Virus record (IMG/VR): IMGVR_UViG_3300049191_000038
Location: 1-41,727 of that record
Direction: 5' to 3' (one strand)
DNA length: 41,727 bases
Origin: a virus
The notes under the pieces: model-generated
Database searches by the model: none
What the model was told of the DNA's origin: nothing
What the model saw: only the letters and a program-made list of their open reading frames with translations
Position numbers and translations under genes: made by a program
Part shown: piece after piece, positions 9,034 to 17,206 of the stretch
How the letters are laid out: every line of letters starts with the position of its first letter
How positions within the stretch are numbered: position 1 is the stretch's first letter

Positions 9034-9900
9034 TTAATTCCAAATAGTTTCGATTTCGCCATGAAAAGCGACACCGCTGAGGCTTCCTTGCGGATTAACT
9101 AGTAACCCTAAAAAAGCATCGTCATATATCTGTGGCATAATTCCGTCATTAGGTTGGCAAACCTTTTCGCTAGCCGCTGTTTGCTCTAATAAAATTCCAC
9201 TCATAAGCGGCTTAACTAAAACAAAAGACAGCAATCCAACATCAGTCCCAGTAACAAAGGTCACGCTTTCGATAGATCTAACTCCACTATCGCCATCTTG
9301 TAAGCCAATAAATGGCATATTAGATATTGCAGTTGTTTGATCATTGCTCATAATTGCACCGTTAAATGTATTAGTACTTAAAGTATGAAGCTTTGATGTT
9401 CTGCCTGAAACTCCGCTAGAGTTTGTATATTTAACTTGAAAGGTAGGTTGTAACCCTACAGACCCAGCTACTGATACCGCCATGATCTGAACACCGGCCC
9501 CGTCTGAATATCTAGGAAGACTAACTGAATTAGTTAATACTTGTTCGTCGTTTGTACCGGTATCAACGAATGGATAATAAAGCAAATAGTCGCACAAGAT
9601 AAAAGGCATTGGTAAACCAGTGGCACTTGCTGACATTATTAGAAATCTAGAAAGAAATTTTGAAGATGGTGAAACTGATCCACCGTGAGGTATTCCGCCA
9701 TCAGTAGACCTTTTCATTTGCTGAGCTATTAATGGAGATGCTGCGTAATACTGAGGGGCTGGATTACCAGGGCTCATACTCATATCAAACCATTGACGAG
9801 CAACCGTTGTTTGCGACGGTGTTTTTCTCCAAAAAGAATAATAGCTCTGGCCTTGATTAATCTTATCATTGATTTCCCAAAGACCACGAAATCCAGGCAT
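9034..9900 (-). CDS. Unassigned beta-rich protein, paralog B (288 aa)
   Basis: Collinear motif matches to the 7864..9021 product (see there). Confidence 0.65.
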   Translation of the reverse strand: MPGFRGLWEINDKINQGQSYYSFWRKTPSQTTVARQWFDMSMSPGNPAPQYYAASPLIAQQMKRSTDGGIPHGGSVSPSSKFLSRFLIMSASATGLPMPFILCDYLLYYPFVDTGTNDEQVLTNSVSLPRYSDGAGVQIMAVSVAGSVGLQPTFQVKYTNSSGVSGRTSKLHTLSTNTFNGAIMSNDQTTAISNMPFIGLQDGDSGVRSIESVTFVTGTDVGLLSFVLVKPLMSGILLEQTAASEKVCQPNDGIMPQIYDDAFLGLLVNPQGSLSGVAFHGEIETIWN

Positions 9901-10115
9901 TAAGCTACCGCCCCTGATGATCCACTTAAACTTGCGCTAATCTCAACAATCGTTGATTGGTTTTTAAATAGATCTTTTTTTAAAGCTTCAAACACTGGCA
10001 ATTCAGAGTCTGTCATCGGTACGCCAGATTGAACCTTTTCAGTTAACTTGTTAAACAAATCAATTTTAGATTGGGCTGATCCCTTAAGAACATTCAGCAT
10101 TTCTTGATTTGTCAT
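9900..10115 (-). CDS. Hypothetical protein (71 aa)
   Basis: ORF track. TAATG-type 1-nt overlap with the downstream gene start at 9900. Confidence 0.5.
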   Translation of the reverse strand: MTNQEMLNVLKGSAQSKIDLFNKLTEKVQSGVPMTDSELPVFEALKKDLFKNQSTIVEISASLSGSSGAVA

Positions 10116-10529
10116 TTATGCCTCTGTTACTTGCAGAGCGCCAATGGCAAATTGCAAAGTGATACCAGAAGAAACAGATCGAGACGCAGTTAATGCTCCT
10201 TTATAAAGGATTTGGCCTGCTCCGCTTGATGCTGTACCAATTGAAACATGCGTAACAGTTTCTGATCCTGACGTGCATTCAGGGAAAGCAATTACAGCTG
10301 CGTTCGAAGCAGTATCGCCAGATACTGTGAACCCAGATCCAGACCTAGCAACAGTAACTCTGGCATATGAGCCAAATGCACATTCTGAAGTTGTTTGACT
10401 TCCGGCCTCGCCCGGGTCAGCAGTGTGAAGAGCTACGTAAAGATTGGTGTTTGCATTCCATGAATAAGCTGTTGCATTGAACGTTAAAAGAACAACGTCA
10501 TTCTCAAAAGTATTTCCCTTAGCTGACAT
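10116..10529 (-). CDS. Conserved phage structural-module protein (137 aa)
   Basis: Pattern ...NLYVALHTADPGEAGSQTTSE..GSYARVTV..SG..F.V....ASN.A.I.F... is recalled from small proteins near fibre genes in many tailed phages. No named family asserted. Confidence 0.55.
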   Translation of the reverse strand: MSAKGNTFENDVVLLTFNATAYSWNANTNLYVALHTADPGEAGSQTTSECAFGSYARVTVARSGSGFTVSGDTASNAAVIAFPECTSGSETVTHVSIGTASSGAGQILYKGALTASRSVSSGITLQFAIGALQVTEA

Positions 10530-10540
10530 TTAATGTCTCC

Positions 10541-10882
10541 TTATGAATAGGTTAAGCTTGCTCGATCTGCCCAAACATTGTCAAAGTCTGAGTTGCCATC
10601 CGCCCATGTTATTTTAGTCACTGCTCCAGAAACGGATATCTTTTTTATTTGCCAAACTGCAAGAGACTCATCGCTTCCTGTTTCAGCAACTCCTACATAT
10701 GTTGTGGAAGAACTTGGCTCATCAATAATTGTCGCATAGATGGCAGAGGTTGTTTCAACTGGACTAATGATAACAGCGTCCATTCCATTCTTAGATCCGG
10801 ACTTGGTTGACGTTACTTCCGAGATTTCGGTTTGCGATAATTCCTGCGGTGCCCAAATCTTATTAGCCACCTTTTCCCCCAA
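10541..10882 (-). CDS. Hypothetical protein (113 aa)
   Basis: ORF track. TTG start at 10882 or GTG at 10870, overlapping the upstream stop. Confidence 0.5.
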   Translation of the reverse strand: MGEKVANKIWAPQELSQTEISEVTSTKSGSKNGMDAVIISPVETTSAIYATIIDEPSSSTTYVGVAETGSDESLAVWQIKKISVSGAVTKITWADGNSDFDNVWADRASLTYS

Positions 10883-11435
10883 AGCAAACTACAGTCATTG
10901 AATCAGATATAGCAAAATGATCTGGATTAATATTGTAAACTCCAAATGTTTTACTACGCTTAAGTGGAGGCCGGTATTGAAGTACTTCTTTATAAGATTG
11001 ATACACGAGTTCACTACAATATAAAGCTTGGTTTGTGTCAAAGAAGTAATCATAAGGCGTACCGACATAAGTCTTGGATTCTATGGCGGCAAGCTCGGCC
11101 TGACCTAAAGATAAGAACGATGGGCGCAAAATAACGAACTCGTCTTTTTTAAGTAACATTTCAACAGCGTTAACTATTCTAACTCCGCTACCTATAGCCT
11201 CAACTACATTTGAATCACCTACATACATAGCTGCGTGTGACCAATACCCGGGAATAAAGATATTAGTTAGTCTATAATTTTCTCTAGTTAAGATACAGTC
11301 GCCAGGTTTAGCTAGGCTTAATGCTTTTAAAACCTCGTTATATGTGACCAATGGTTCAGGCTTTCCAATCTTTTGCATTAGCTTTTGAATTGGTACAGAT
11401 AAAGACAAAAGGTGATATCTTATCCAATCAATCAT
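10863..11435 (-). CDS. Permuted papain-like (NlpC/P60-type, YiiX/C92-like) amidase
   Basis: The His segment GYWSHAAMYVG precedes the Cys segment LYCSELVYQSY. This is the permuted order typical of YaeF/YiiX-type cell-wall amidases. Confidence 0.55.
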   Translation of the reverse strand: MIDWIRYHLLSLSVPIQKLMQKIGKPEPLVTYNEVLKALSLAKPGDCILTRENYRLTNIFIPGYWSHAAMYVGDSNVVEAIGSGVRIVNAVEMLLKKDEFVILRPSFLSLGQAELAAIESKTYVGTPYDYFFDTNQALYCSELVYQSYKEVLQYRPPLKRSKTFGVYNINPDHFAISDSMTVVCFGGKGG

Positions 11436-11673
11436 GCTGCCCCCAATGTTTTTGGACTCGTATTATTCCAAGCTTTTCGTCGTTACATAATCTTGAACAA
11501 ACGTCTTGTGATGATGATTCGTTTACTTTAAATGTTGCGCCGCATTTAATACATGCACGATTTTGCATATTTATGCATGATATATCGACATGCTGATTAG
11601 GTTTAGGATATGGCGAGAAACCATTTGATCGAGACTTATTAAAACAATACTTAGGCCTGTTGCTTTTTGCCAT
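11428..11673 (-). CDS. Small zinc-ribbon-like protein (81 aa)
   Basis: C-x2-C (CIKCG) plus distal C...C (CSRLC). 8-nt ATGATTGA overlap with the next gene. Confidence 0.45.
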   Translation of the reverse strand: MAKSNRPKYCFNKSRSNGFSPYPKPNQHVDISCINMQNRACIKCGATFKVNESSSQDVCSRLCNDEKLGIIRVQKHWGQHD

Positions 11674-12103
11674 CTTTGTATGATGCTAGGACTAAGTCTT
11701 CTAGTTTTACAACATGATTATTCTCAACACGTTCGGCCCATAAGGCCTTGGTCTTGCCAATTAACTCAACGGCCTTAATGCGATCGCGAACCTGGGCTTT
11801 AACTGGCACGCCTTCTTGGTCGTAATCTGAAAGCTTGTGGATAATATTATGTAACTCATTAAGAGCAAGTTCTATTGACCATTCGCCTCGGTCTTGTAAT
11901 GCTTGATCATAAACTGCTGATCGATCTTTATCAGCCCTAATCCAGCGCATAACATCGCAGTACTGAACGCCAGACATATCTGCCATATCTAAAAGCGATC
12001 CACCGTTTGCTACATGTCTACAAATTTTTGTTAGAAGTTCTGGATTTTGAAAGAACTCAGTTTCTTTATCGTATAAAGATAGAGGCTTAGCGTCATCGCT
12101 CAT
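11651..12103 (-). CDS. Terminase small subunit-like HTH protein
   Basis: ...ICRHVANGGSLLDMADMSGVQYCDVMRWIRADKDRSAVYDQALQDRGE... matches the HTH N-terminal pattern of many phage small-terminase/gp3-like proteins. No SD before the ATG. Confidence 0.5.
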   Translation of the reverse strand: MSDDAKPLSLYDKETEFFQNPELLTKICRHVANGGSLLDMADMSGVQYCDVMRWIRADKDRSAVYDQALQDRGEWSIELALNELHNIIHKLSDYDQEGVPVKAQVRDRIKAVELIGKTKALWAERVENNHVVKLEDLVLASYKDGKKQQA

Positions 12104-12111
12104 TATGTTAC

Positions 12112-12138
12112 ATTGTAAAATTTACAATTGGTTGTCAA
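12112..12138 (-). promoter_or_regulatory. Candidate sigma70-like promoter with overlapping 8+1+8 palindrome
   Basis: Minus strand: TTGACA (12138..12133), 15-nt spacer, TACAAT (12117..12112). Perfect palindrome ATTGTAAA-A-TTTACAAT at 12112..12128. The ATG at 12103 lies about 8 nt after the -10. Confidence 0.35.
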
Positions 12139-12141
12139 CCA

Positions 12142-12471
12142 TCAGCTGGACTTTGCTTTTACCTTGGCTAAGTACCTGGCCTTAGCTCTTTCTTTCCTTG
12201 CTTCCAAAACTTCTTTGCTGCGCTGCCTTATTTGTTCCTCAGTTAGTCCTGCCATAAGTTCATAGATAACAAACGTCTGACAGCGCAGGATTAGCTGTAA
12301 TCGACGATTGCCGTGTTTGCGACCAAATGCATAGGCCGATCTTTGCACCTGTTTAAAGCCCTTTGTATCGCTTAAAATTACCTTGGCTCTTTGGCCATAA
12401 TGCGTCATGCATTCCCATGGAAGCATACGGCCTTTCTCAGCTTTGAATATAAACGTGGTTGGCTGGATCAT
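12142..12471 (-). CDS. Hypothetical basic protein (109 aa)
   Basis: ORF track. Lys/Arg-rich C-terminal helix. Confidence 0.55.
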   Translation of the reverse strand: MIQPTTFIFKAEKGRMLPWECMTHYGQRAKVILSDTKGFKQVQRSAYAFGRKHGNRRLQLILRCQTFVIYELMAGLTEEQIRQRSKEVLEARKERAKARYLAKVKAKSS

Positions 12472-12474
12472 AAT

Positions 12475-13074
12475 TTAAAAAGGCTGATCATCATCCATTC
12501 TACTTTCTTCAAACTCTTGTTCTCTTCTCGCCTCATCATCTTCTCTAAGTACAATATCTAAGTCTGATCCAACCTTTGTATTCTTTTTATTTTCTTTAAA
12601 GAAAGGGCTTTTGCGCAGCAAATCCTCTGAGCTTTTTATAAAGCTTCTAGAATTTTCTATCAATGCCATTAAGATCATATGTTGAGTCTGCCTGTTCTCG
12701 TCTCCCATAATGTCTTCGATCGATAGTGTATGATTTAAATAATCTCTAGTTAGCTCAGCAACCCTTCCAGCGATTCTAATAAATTGTTTCTCTTTGTTGT
12801 CCATAGCCTCAAACTTATCTGCCACTTTGTATCCAACATTTCTTTTATTCATGATAACAAATCCTGCGTTTCGCATGTCAGCTATTGCCCTATGTATGCC
12901 TGATCGCATCATTTGATCGTCAACTTTGAACTCAACCTTCCGCCTAAATTCAGTGATCAGTTCTTCAAAAGTTAAATACTCTTTGATGTTTTCTTCGATC
13001 AGCCAATTAAACTTACTAACGCACCATGACTGGATTTTTAACGCTTGTTCTTTTCGTGTCTGCTTATCACTCAT
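12475..13074 (-). CDS. Putative DNA-binding protein (199 aa; winged-helix-like centre, acidic tail)
   Basis: SD AAGGAG 7 nt upstream of the ATG. Segment ...RAIADMRNAGFVIMNKRNVGYKV... looks like a winged-helix wing. Sits directly downstream of the iteron array. Function is inferred. Confidence 0.55.
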   Translation of the reverse strand: MSDKQTRKEQALKIQSWCVSKFNWLIEENIKEYLTFEELITEFRRKVEFKVDDQMMRSGIHRAIADMRNAGFVIMNKRNVGYKVADKFEAMDNKEKQFIRIAGRVAELTRDYLNHTLSIEDIMGDENRQTQHMILMALIENSRSFIKSSEDLLRKSPFFKENKKNTKVGSDLDIVLREDDEARREQEFEESRMDDDQPF

Positions 13075-13102
13075 TTCTTACATCTCCTTAAATTGTTTAC
13101 TG

Positions 13103-13412
13103 GAGACCAAGTAGACCAAGGTGACCAGCTTTTCCTAAGAGGGTATAAATCCTATATATACTATATACCATATTTTACTATTATAATTTATTCCTACCAT
13201 ATAAATAGTTAGTCACTTGGTCTACTGTCTATATAAGTATATGTATTAATTCCATTTTTTTAGAGACCAACTGTAGACCAACTAGACCACAGAGACCATT
13301 AAAGTTGGTCGCAAACGTGTTTTTTATCATGAAAAACCCAATTCGTCTTTAAGTCTGTATTCGGTCTTTAATTTTGGAACTTTGACAAGGCGCGCATACT
13401 TGGTCTTGGTCA
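13103..13412. repeat. Iteron array (G/T)AGACCA(A) flanking an AT-rich core; candidate replication origin or operator field
   Basis: Direct copies at 13104, 13113, 13122, 13264, 13275, 13284 and 13293. Inverted copies at 13218, 13306 (partial), 13401 and 13407. AT-rich TATATA-run core at 13141..13260. Confidence 0.7.
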
Positions 13413-15558
13413 CCTGATTTCCGTTCAGCTTTTTGATTAAATTTGAGGCAGAATTTAGATCAGCCTTGTTTGGATTTTTTTTGCCGCATGATATCAAAAC
13501 CTCTGTAATTGTCCTATCTTCCCAGCTATCTTTATTAGAATCCCAATCTAAACGCTCTTCAATTAACTCCTCAATCGGGTCTAGCGCTTTAAAATCTTCG
13601 TTATGGCCGTCCAAGTAATCCTTCTCGTCTTGCTGTAAAACCCATGGCTCACCTCGAATATAATGGTTCTCATATACCTCAGCCCAGATCTGCTGCATGT
13701 CGAATTCGTGCATATAATTGATCTGGTCACATTCAATGGTCCAAAACCTTCTGTTACCAGTCTCATCATGTAAGAATTGACGGGGATTAACGGATGCAAA
13801 GAATACAGTTCTGCGTGCATAGGTTGATTCACGTCTTGCAAATGGCATCCTAAACGTATCAGAATCCCGTGTAATGAATCCTTTAAGCTGTGATATATCA
13901 GACTTACGAAATGTAGCATCTACCTCACCAAGCTCAACCAGCCAAAAGCTTAAGGCCTGCATGATAGAATCCTTATCATCTGTTCTTAATGTGATTCCAT
14001 CCTTTGCAAACTTAAGCTCTTGAGGTACAAGCTTTTTAAACCAATAGGTTTTGCCACTGCCTTGCTTACCTTGAAGAACTAGAGCTCCATGGGCCGATAC
14101 TCCATATGGATTAAAGACTGCTGCAACAGCTGATATCATCCATCTTTTAATAAGAGTTTCTTTTATCCATTTAACTTTAGGATCTTGGTCTTCATTGTGA
14201 GCTTTAATAGTAGATGAGAAATTTTTAAGTCGCTCTATTTTATCCCACGGTGTTGATTTAATCCATGTAGCAACAGGATTATATTGATTCTTATTTGCTA
14301 CATATTTTAAGAATTCTTCAATCTGGCCAAGAGGAAACGAATGAAGGCTTGCAATTGACTTAATATAAGCAAGCTGAGCGTTCTCTTTACCTTCTTCGCT
14401 AAACAATTCATCAGGTATTAGTATCTCTTCAGCCTTAGTTAACATGTTATTTCTAACTATTATGTTGTAACCATTTAATAGATGCTGAAAGTTATCAATA
14501 GTTGATAGGGGTTTTAAATCATCGCTATTTAAATCAACATGTGGATATGTTGATTTAATTTGAGTTATCTTTTTTCTTCTATCATTTATAAGGACAAGCT
14601 CTTTATTGTTTGGATCTTTAATTGATTTTATGTTTTTCTTTACCCATTCAATAAACGATGTTTGAGTCATTCCTTCTTGCTCAGCATCGGCTGCATCCCA
14701 TCCGTTATCTTTATCTGGATTAATAATCTTTAATTCTTTTACATGGCTTAATAAAAGCTCAGTTATCTCACGCATAGCTATTAAGCCTGGCTCATCAGCA
14801 TCTGGCCATAATAGGATTTCCTTATCTTTAAGAGGCGTCCAATCTGTTTTAGATATAGCATTTACACCACCTTGCCACGTAAGGATGTTGTATCCTTTTG
14901 GTATGAATCTTCTGGCAGCATCAGCTGCTTTTTCACCTTCAACTATTAAGATCTTTCTCGTTGGGTTTTGCTTTAAAAGCTCTAACCCATATAAAGGACG
15001 GTTATCTTTCCATGCTTTCCAGTGCCATTTGTTATCTGAAAAATAAGCAAGCGGCCTATGTTCTTTGTCAGGTTTGCCATCTTTTTCTGTTTCATACCTT
15101 AATACGTAGTACAAGGGGTTATTGTTTTCATCTTTATACGTGTGAACCATGGACGGTTTGCCCAATTGGAAATGCTGAAAGCTAGGTTCTTCGATGTTGT
15201 GCGGAGGCCTTACTGGCTCAATCTTTTCTTTCTTAGGTTTACTTTGAGCTGATCTTATTCTTTCTTGATTGGCAGATAGATATGTTTCTTTTAAATATTT
15301 TAGCGCATCTTTAAACTCTTGCCCGGTTATCATTATATATAAGTCTATAATGCCAGTACCCTCATGTCCTTTAACTGCAAAGTCAGCCCACTTGCCATTC
15401 TGAAGGTTAAACCCAAACGAATCTCCAGGTCCACCTTCAATAGACCCGGCTCTATATTCATTCCCATTACGTTTTCCGCCTGGGCATATATCTAATAGGA
15501 TAGACTCTGCCCTAATTAAAAGCTGTTGTTTGATTGAATTGAAATCAATGCTGCTCAT
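13327..15558 (-). CDS. Bifunctional DNA primase (Toprim) / VirE-D5-type helicase
   Basis: Toprim-like ILIVEGEKAADAA and LLWPDADEPG. Walker A GKQGSGKT. The ATG at 15558 is preceded by AAGGAGTGAG; the ORF-track GTG at 15564 lies inside that RBS. Confidence 0.85.
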   Translation of the reverse strand: MSSIDFNSIKQQLLIRAESILLDICPGGKRNGNEYRAGSIEGGPGDSFGFNLQNGKWADFAVKGHEGTGIIDLYIMITGQEFKDALKYLKETYLSANQERIRSAQSKPKKEKIEPVRPPHNIEEPSFQHFQLGKPSMVHTYKDENNNPLYYVLRYETEKDGKPDKEHRPLAYFSDNKWHWKAWKDNRPLYGLELLKQNPTRKILIVEGEKAADAARRFIPKGYNILTWQGGVNAISKTDWTPLKDKEILLWPDADEPGLIAMREITELLLSHVKELKIINPDKDNGWDAADAEQEGMTQTSFIEWVKKNIKSIKDPNNKELVLINDRRKKITQIKSTYPHVDLNSDDLKPLSTIDNFQHLLNGYNIIVRNNMLTKAEEILIPDELFSEEGKENAQLAYIKSIASLHSFPLGQIEEFLKYVANKNQYNPVATWIKSTPWDKIERLKNFSSTIKAHNEDQDPKVKWIKETLIKRWMISAVAAVFNPYGVSAHGALVLQGKQGSGKTYWFKKLVPQELKFAKDGITLRTDDKDSIMQALSFWLVELGEVDATFRKSDISQLKGFITRDSDTFRMPFARRESTYARRTVFFASVNPRQFLHDETGNRRFWTIECDQINYMHEFDMQQIWAEVYENHYIRGEPWVLQQDEKDYLDGHNEDFKALDPIEELIEERLDWDSNKDSWEDRTITEVLISCGKKNPNKADLNSASNLIKKLNGNQVTKTKYARLVKVPKLKTEYRLKDELGFS

Positions 15559-15664
15559 TCTCACTCCTTTTTGATCGCGAATTTTTCGAGACTGTCATAT
15601 CTAATATATAGATTTCAAGTCTGGTTTTATTTTGGCACCGGACGTTATTGGCCATATCTATCTA

Positions 15665-15692
15665 TTGATATGAATGTTTTGGTGTGTACTAT
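15665..15692 (+). promoter_or_regulatory. Candidate sigma70-like promoter for the plus-strand arm
   Basis: TTGATA (15665..15670), 16-nt spacer, TACTAT (15687..15692). The ATG at 15699 follows with no SD, so the transcript may be leaderless. Confidence 0.25.
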
Positions 15693-15698
15693 TAGCGG

Positions 15699-16190
15699 AT
15701 GGATTTTAAAGAACGTGTGCGTAAGTCTGTGGAAAAATATCTGGATAAACAAGGACCTAGCAATAAGCCTAGCAGAAAAAACGGAAAGCCTGAAAAAGAA
15801 GTTGAGGCTGAGGTTCTGGAATGGTGCCGCGGGTTTGGTTGGGATTTAAATGTTATTGAATCTAAATCGGTCTGGTCGGAAAAAGCGGGAAGATATATTG
15901 CGCAGTCGGTATCGCCTGGCTTTAGTGATTTGGCTGGCAACACTGACGTTGGTCTTAGCGTTTATATTGAACTTAAAGCGCCTGGAAAACTGTCAACCAT
16001 CAGGCCAGATCAAAGAGAATTCTTATTAAGGAAAATTAATAGCGGATGTTTTGCTGTATGTGTTGACTCAACGTCTCGACTTGAAACAATTTGGGCTGGA
16101 TTTTGTAAAGCTTACAATAAAAAAGAATACTTAGTTAGCGTGTTGCCTAAATATAGAACAGTTGAAAAAGAATTATTGTTTGATCCTTGA
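15699..16190 (+). CDS. VRR-NUC domain nuclease
   Basis: ...GFSDLAGNTDVGLSVYIELKAPGKLSTIRPDQREFL... fits the PD-(D/E)xK core (D...E-x-K) and following Q-x-x-F motif of VRR-NUC proteins. Confidence 0.7.
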   Translation: MDFKERVRKSVEKYLDKQGPSNKPSRKNGKPEKEVEAEVLEWCRGFGWDLNVIESKSVWSEKAGRYIAQSVSPGFSDLAGNTDVGLSVYIELKAPGKLSTIRPDQREFLLRKINSGCFAVCVDSTSRLETIWAGFCKAYNKKEYLVSVLPKYRTVEKELLFDP

Positions 16191-16350
16191 CTTTCGTGTT
16201 ACGAATGTGTTACGTTAATATATAAGAACAAGGTAGGGAGTTAGTCAGCTTAATAAACTAAACTCTCTGAGCGCCTAGAAATAGGAAGTGCGGATGTTGA
16301 CCGAAACCAGGGTTGTACCTACCAAGGTTCTTTATAAGGAGTGAGGTTAT

Positions 16351-16518
16351 ATGAACAAAGTCCAACAATTAAGATCTAAACTTCCTTCAACTGTATCAGT
16401 TAAATTATATGAAGATGGTTATTGGTACGCCGAAAAAATAGGCGAGGAAGGCATCACTGTTTATTGCAGCGGTTTAACTGAAGTTGAATGCCTTCGATCA
16501 TATTTTGATTTACAATAA
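16351..16518 (+). CDS. Hypothetical protein (55 aa, below ORF-track cutoff)
   Basis: Hand translation MNKVQQLRSKLPSTVSVKLYEDGYWYAEKIGEEGITVYCSGLTEVECLRSYFDLQ. Preceded by AAGGAGTGAG. Confidence 0.5.
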   Translation: MNKVQQLRSKLPSTVSVKLYEDGYWYAEKIGEEGITVYCSGLTEVECLRSYFDLQ

Positions 16519-16529
16519 GGAGTGAGCTT

Positions 16530-16679
16530 ATGAATTTAGAAGAAACTATAGAGCGCTTTAAAAAACTTAAAGAGCGAGGAATATCGAAAGAAGAAATCCT
16601 TGAATTTCTTGAGTTTGCTTCGGACGTTTACCCAGAAAAACACATATTAGAGTTGGCAATGGAAATTGTTTATGGATAA
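16530..16679 (+). CDS. Hypothetical protein (49 aa)
   Basis: Hand translation MNLEETIERFKKLKERGISKEEILEFLEFASDVYPEKHILELAMEIVYG. Preceded by AAGGAGTGAG. Confidence 0.5.
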   Translation: MNLEETIERFKKLKERGISKEEILEFLEFASDVYPEKHILELAMEIVYG

Positions 16680-16821
16680 ATTAATTTTCATATTACTTCT
16701 TCTATCAGGCTGCGCTCATCTAAATAAAGGATCTGATGAATTAACTGTTGACCCAGTTGAAACAGATCCATTATGCACAGACTTTCAAGTGGACTGTGAT
16801 GATCCACAATTGGGGAGCTAA
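16672..16821 (+). CDS. Small lipoprotein (49 aa)
   Basis: MDKLIFILLLLSGCAHL... has a lipobox LLSGC. The start overlaps the previous gene by 8 nt. Confidence 0.5.
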   Translation: MDKLIFILLLLSGCAHLNKGSDELTVDPVETDPLCTDFQVDCDDPQLGS

Positions 16822-16916
16822 TGAATAAAGCAGATTACATTCAATCAGCGTTAGAATACAGCCTTATAATTGCAGGTTTTGTTGCGGGCTATTTTATCAT
16901 GGGGCCTTTAGTATGA
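16821..16916 (+). CDS. Single-pass membrane peptide (31 aa)
   Basis: MNKADYIQSALEYSLIIAGFVAGYFIMGPLV. TAATG overlap with the upstream stop. Confidence 0.35.
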   Translation: MNKADYIQSALEYSLIIAGFVAGYFIMGPLV

Positions 16917-17008
16917 TGGAACACGATATACTAAAATACATGTGGTTATGCCCAACCTTTTTAATGATGATGTTACCGATACTTTATTTTTACATAAACA
17001 AGGAATAA
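16913..17008 (+). CDS. Single-pass membrane peptide (31 aa)
   Basis: MMEHDILKYMWLCPTFLMMMLPILYFYINKE. ATGA overlap with the upstream stop. Confidence 0.35.
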   Translation: MMEHDILKYMWLCPTFLMMMLPILYFYINKE

Positions 17009-17011
17009 ATT

Positions 17012-17206
17012 ATGAGTATCTATTATCCACCAGGAACAGGACCTAATGATAGAAAAGCTCCATGGAACCAAGAGGTTAAATATAAAGAGTGCGACGAATG
17101 CGAAGGCAGCGGTAAGCATAAAGCATTTGGCGAGTCAGAGAAGTGCGCAGCTTGTGACGGCACTGGAGAAATAGAGGTAGAAGATGACGATGAAATCCCG
17201 TGGTAA
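17012..17206 (+). CDS. DnaJ-type zinc-finger mini-protein (64 aa)
   Basis: Two CxxCxGxG motifs, CDECEGSG and CAACDGTG. Confidence 0.6.
   Translation: MSIYYPPGTGPNDRKAPWNQEVKYKECDECEGSGKHKAFGESEKCAACDGTGEIEVEDDDEIPW

Noticed and set aside
13581-13919. 112-aa alternative-frame ORF inside the primase-helicase gene
   Set aside because: It is fully embedded in a 745-aa ORF with clear Toprim and Walker motifs, and nothing independent supports it.
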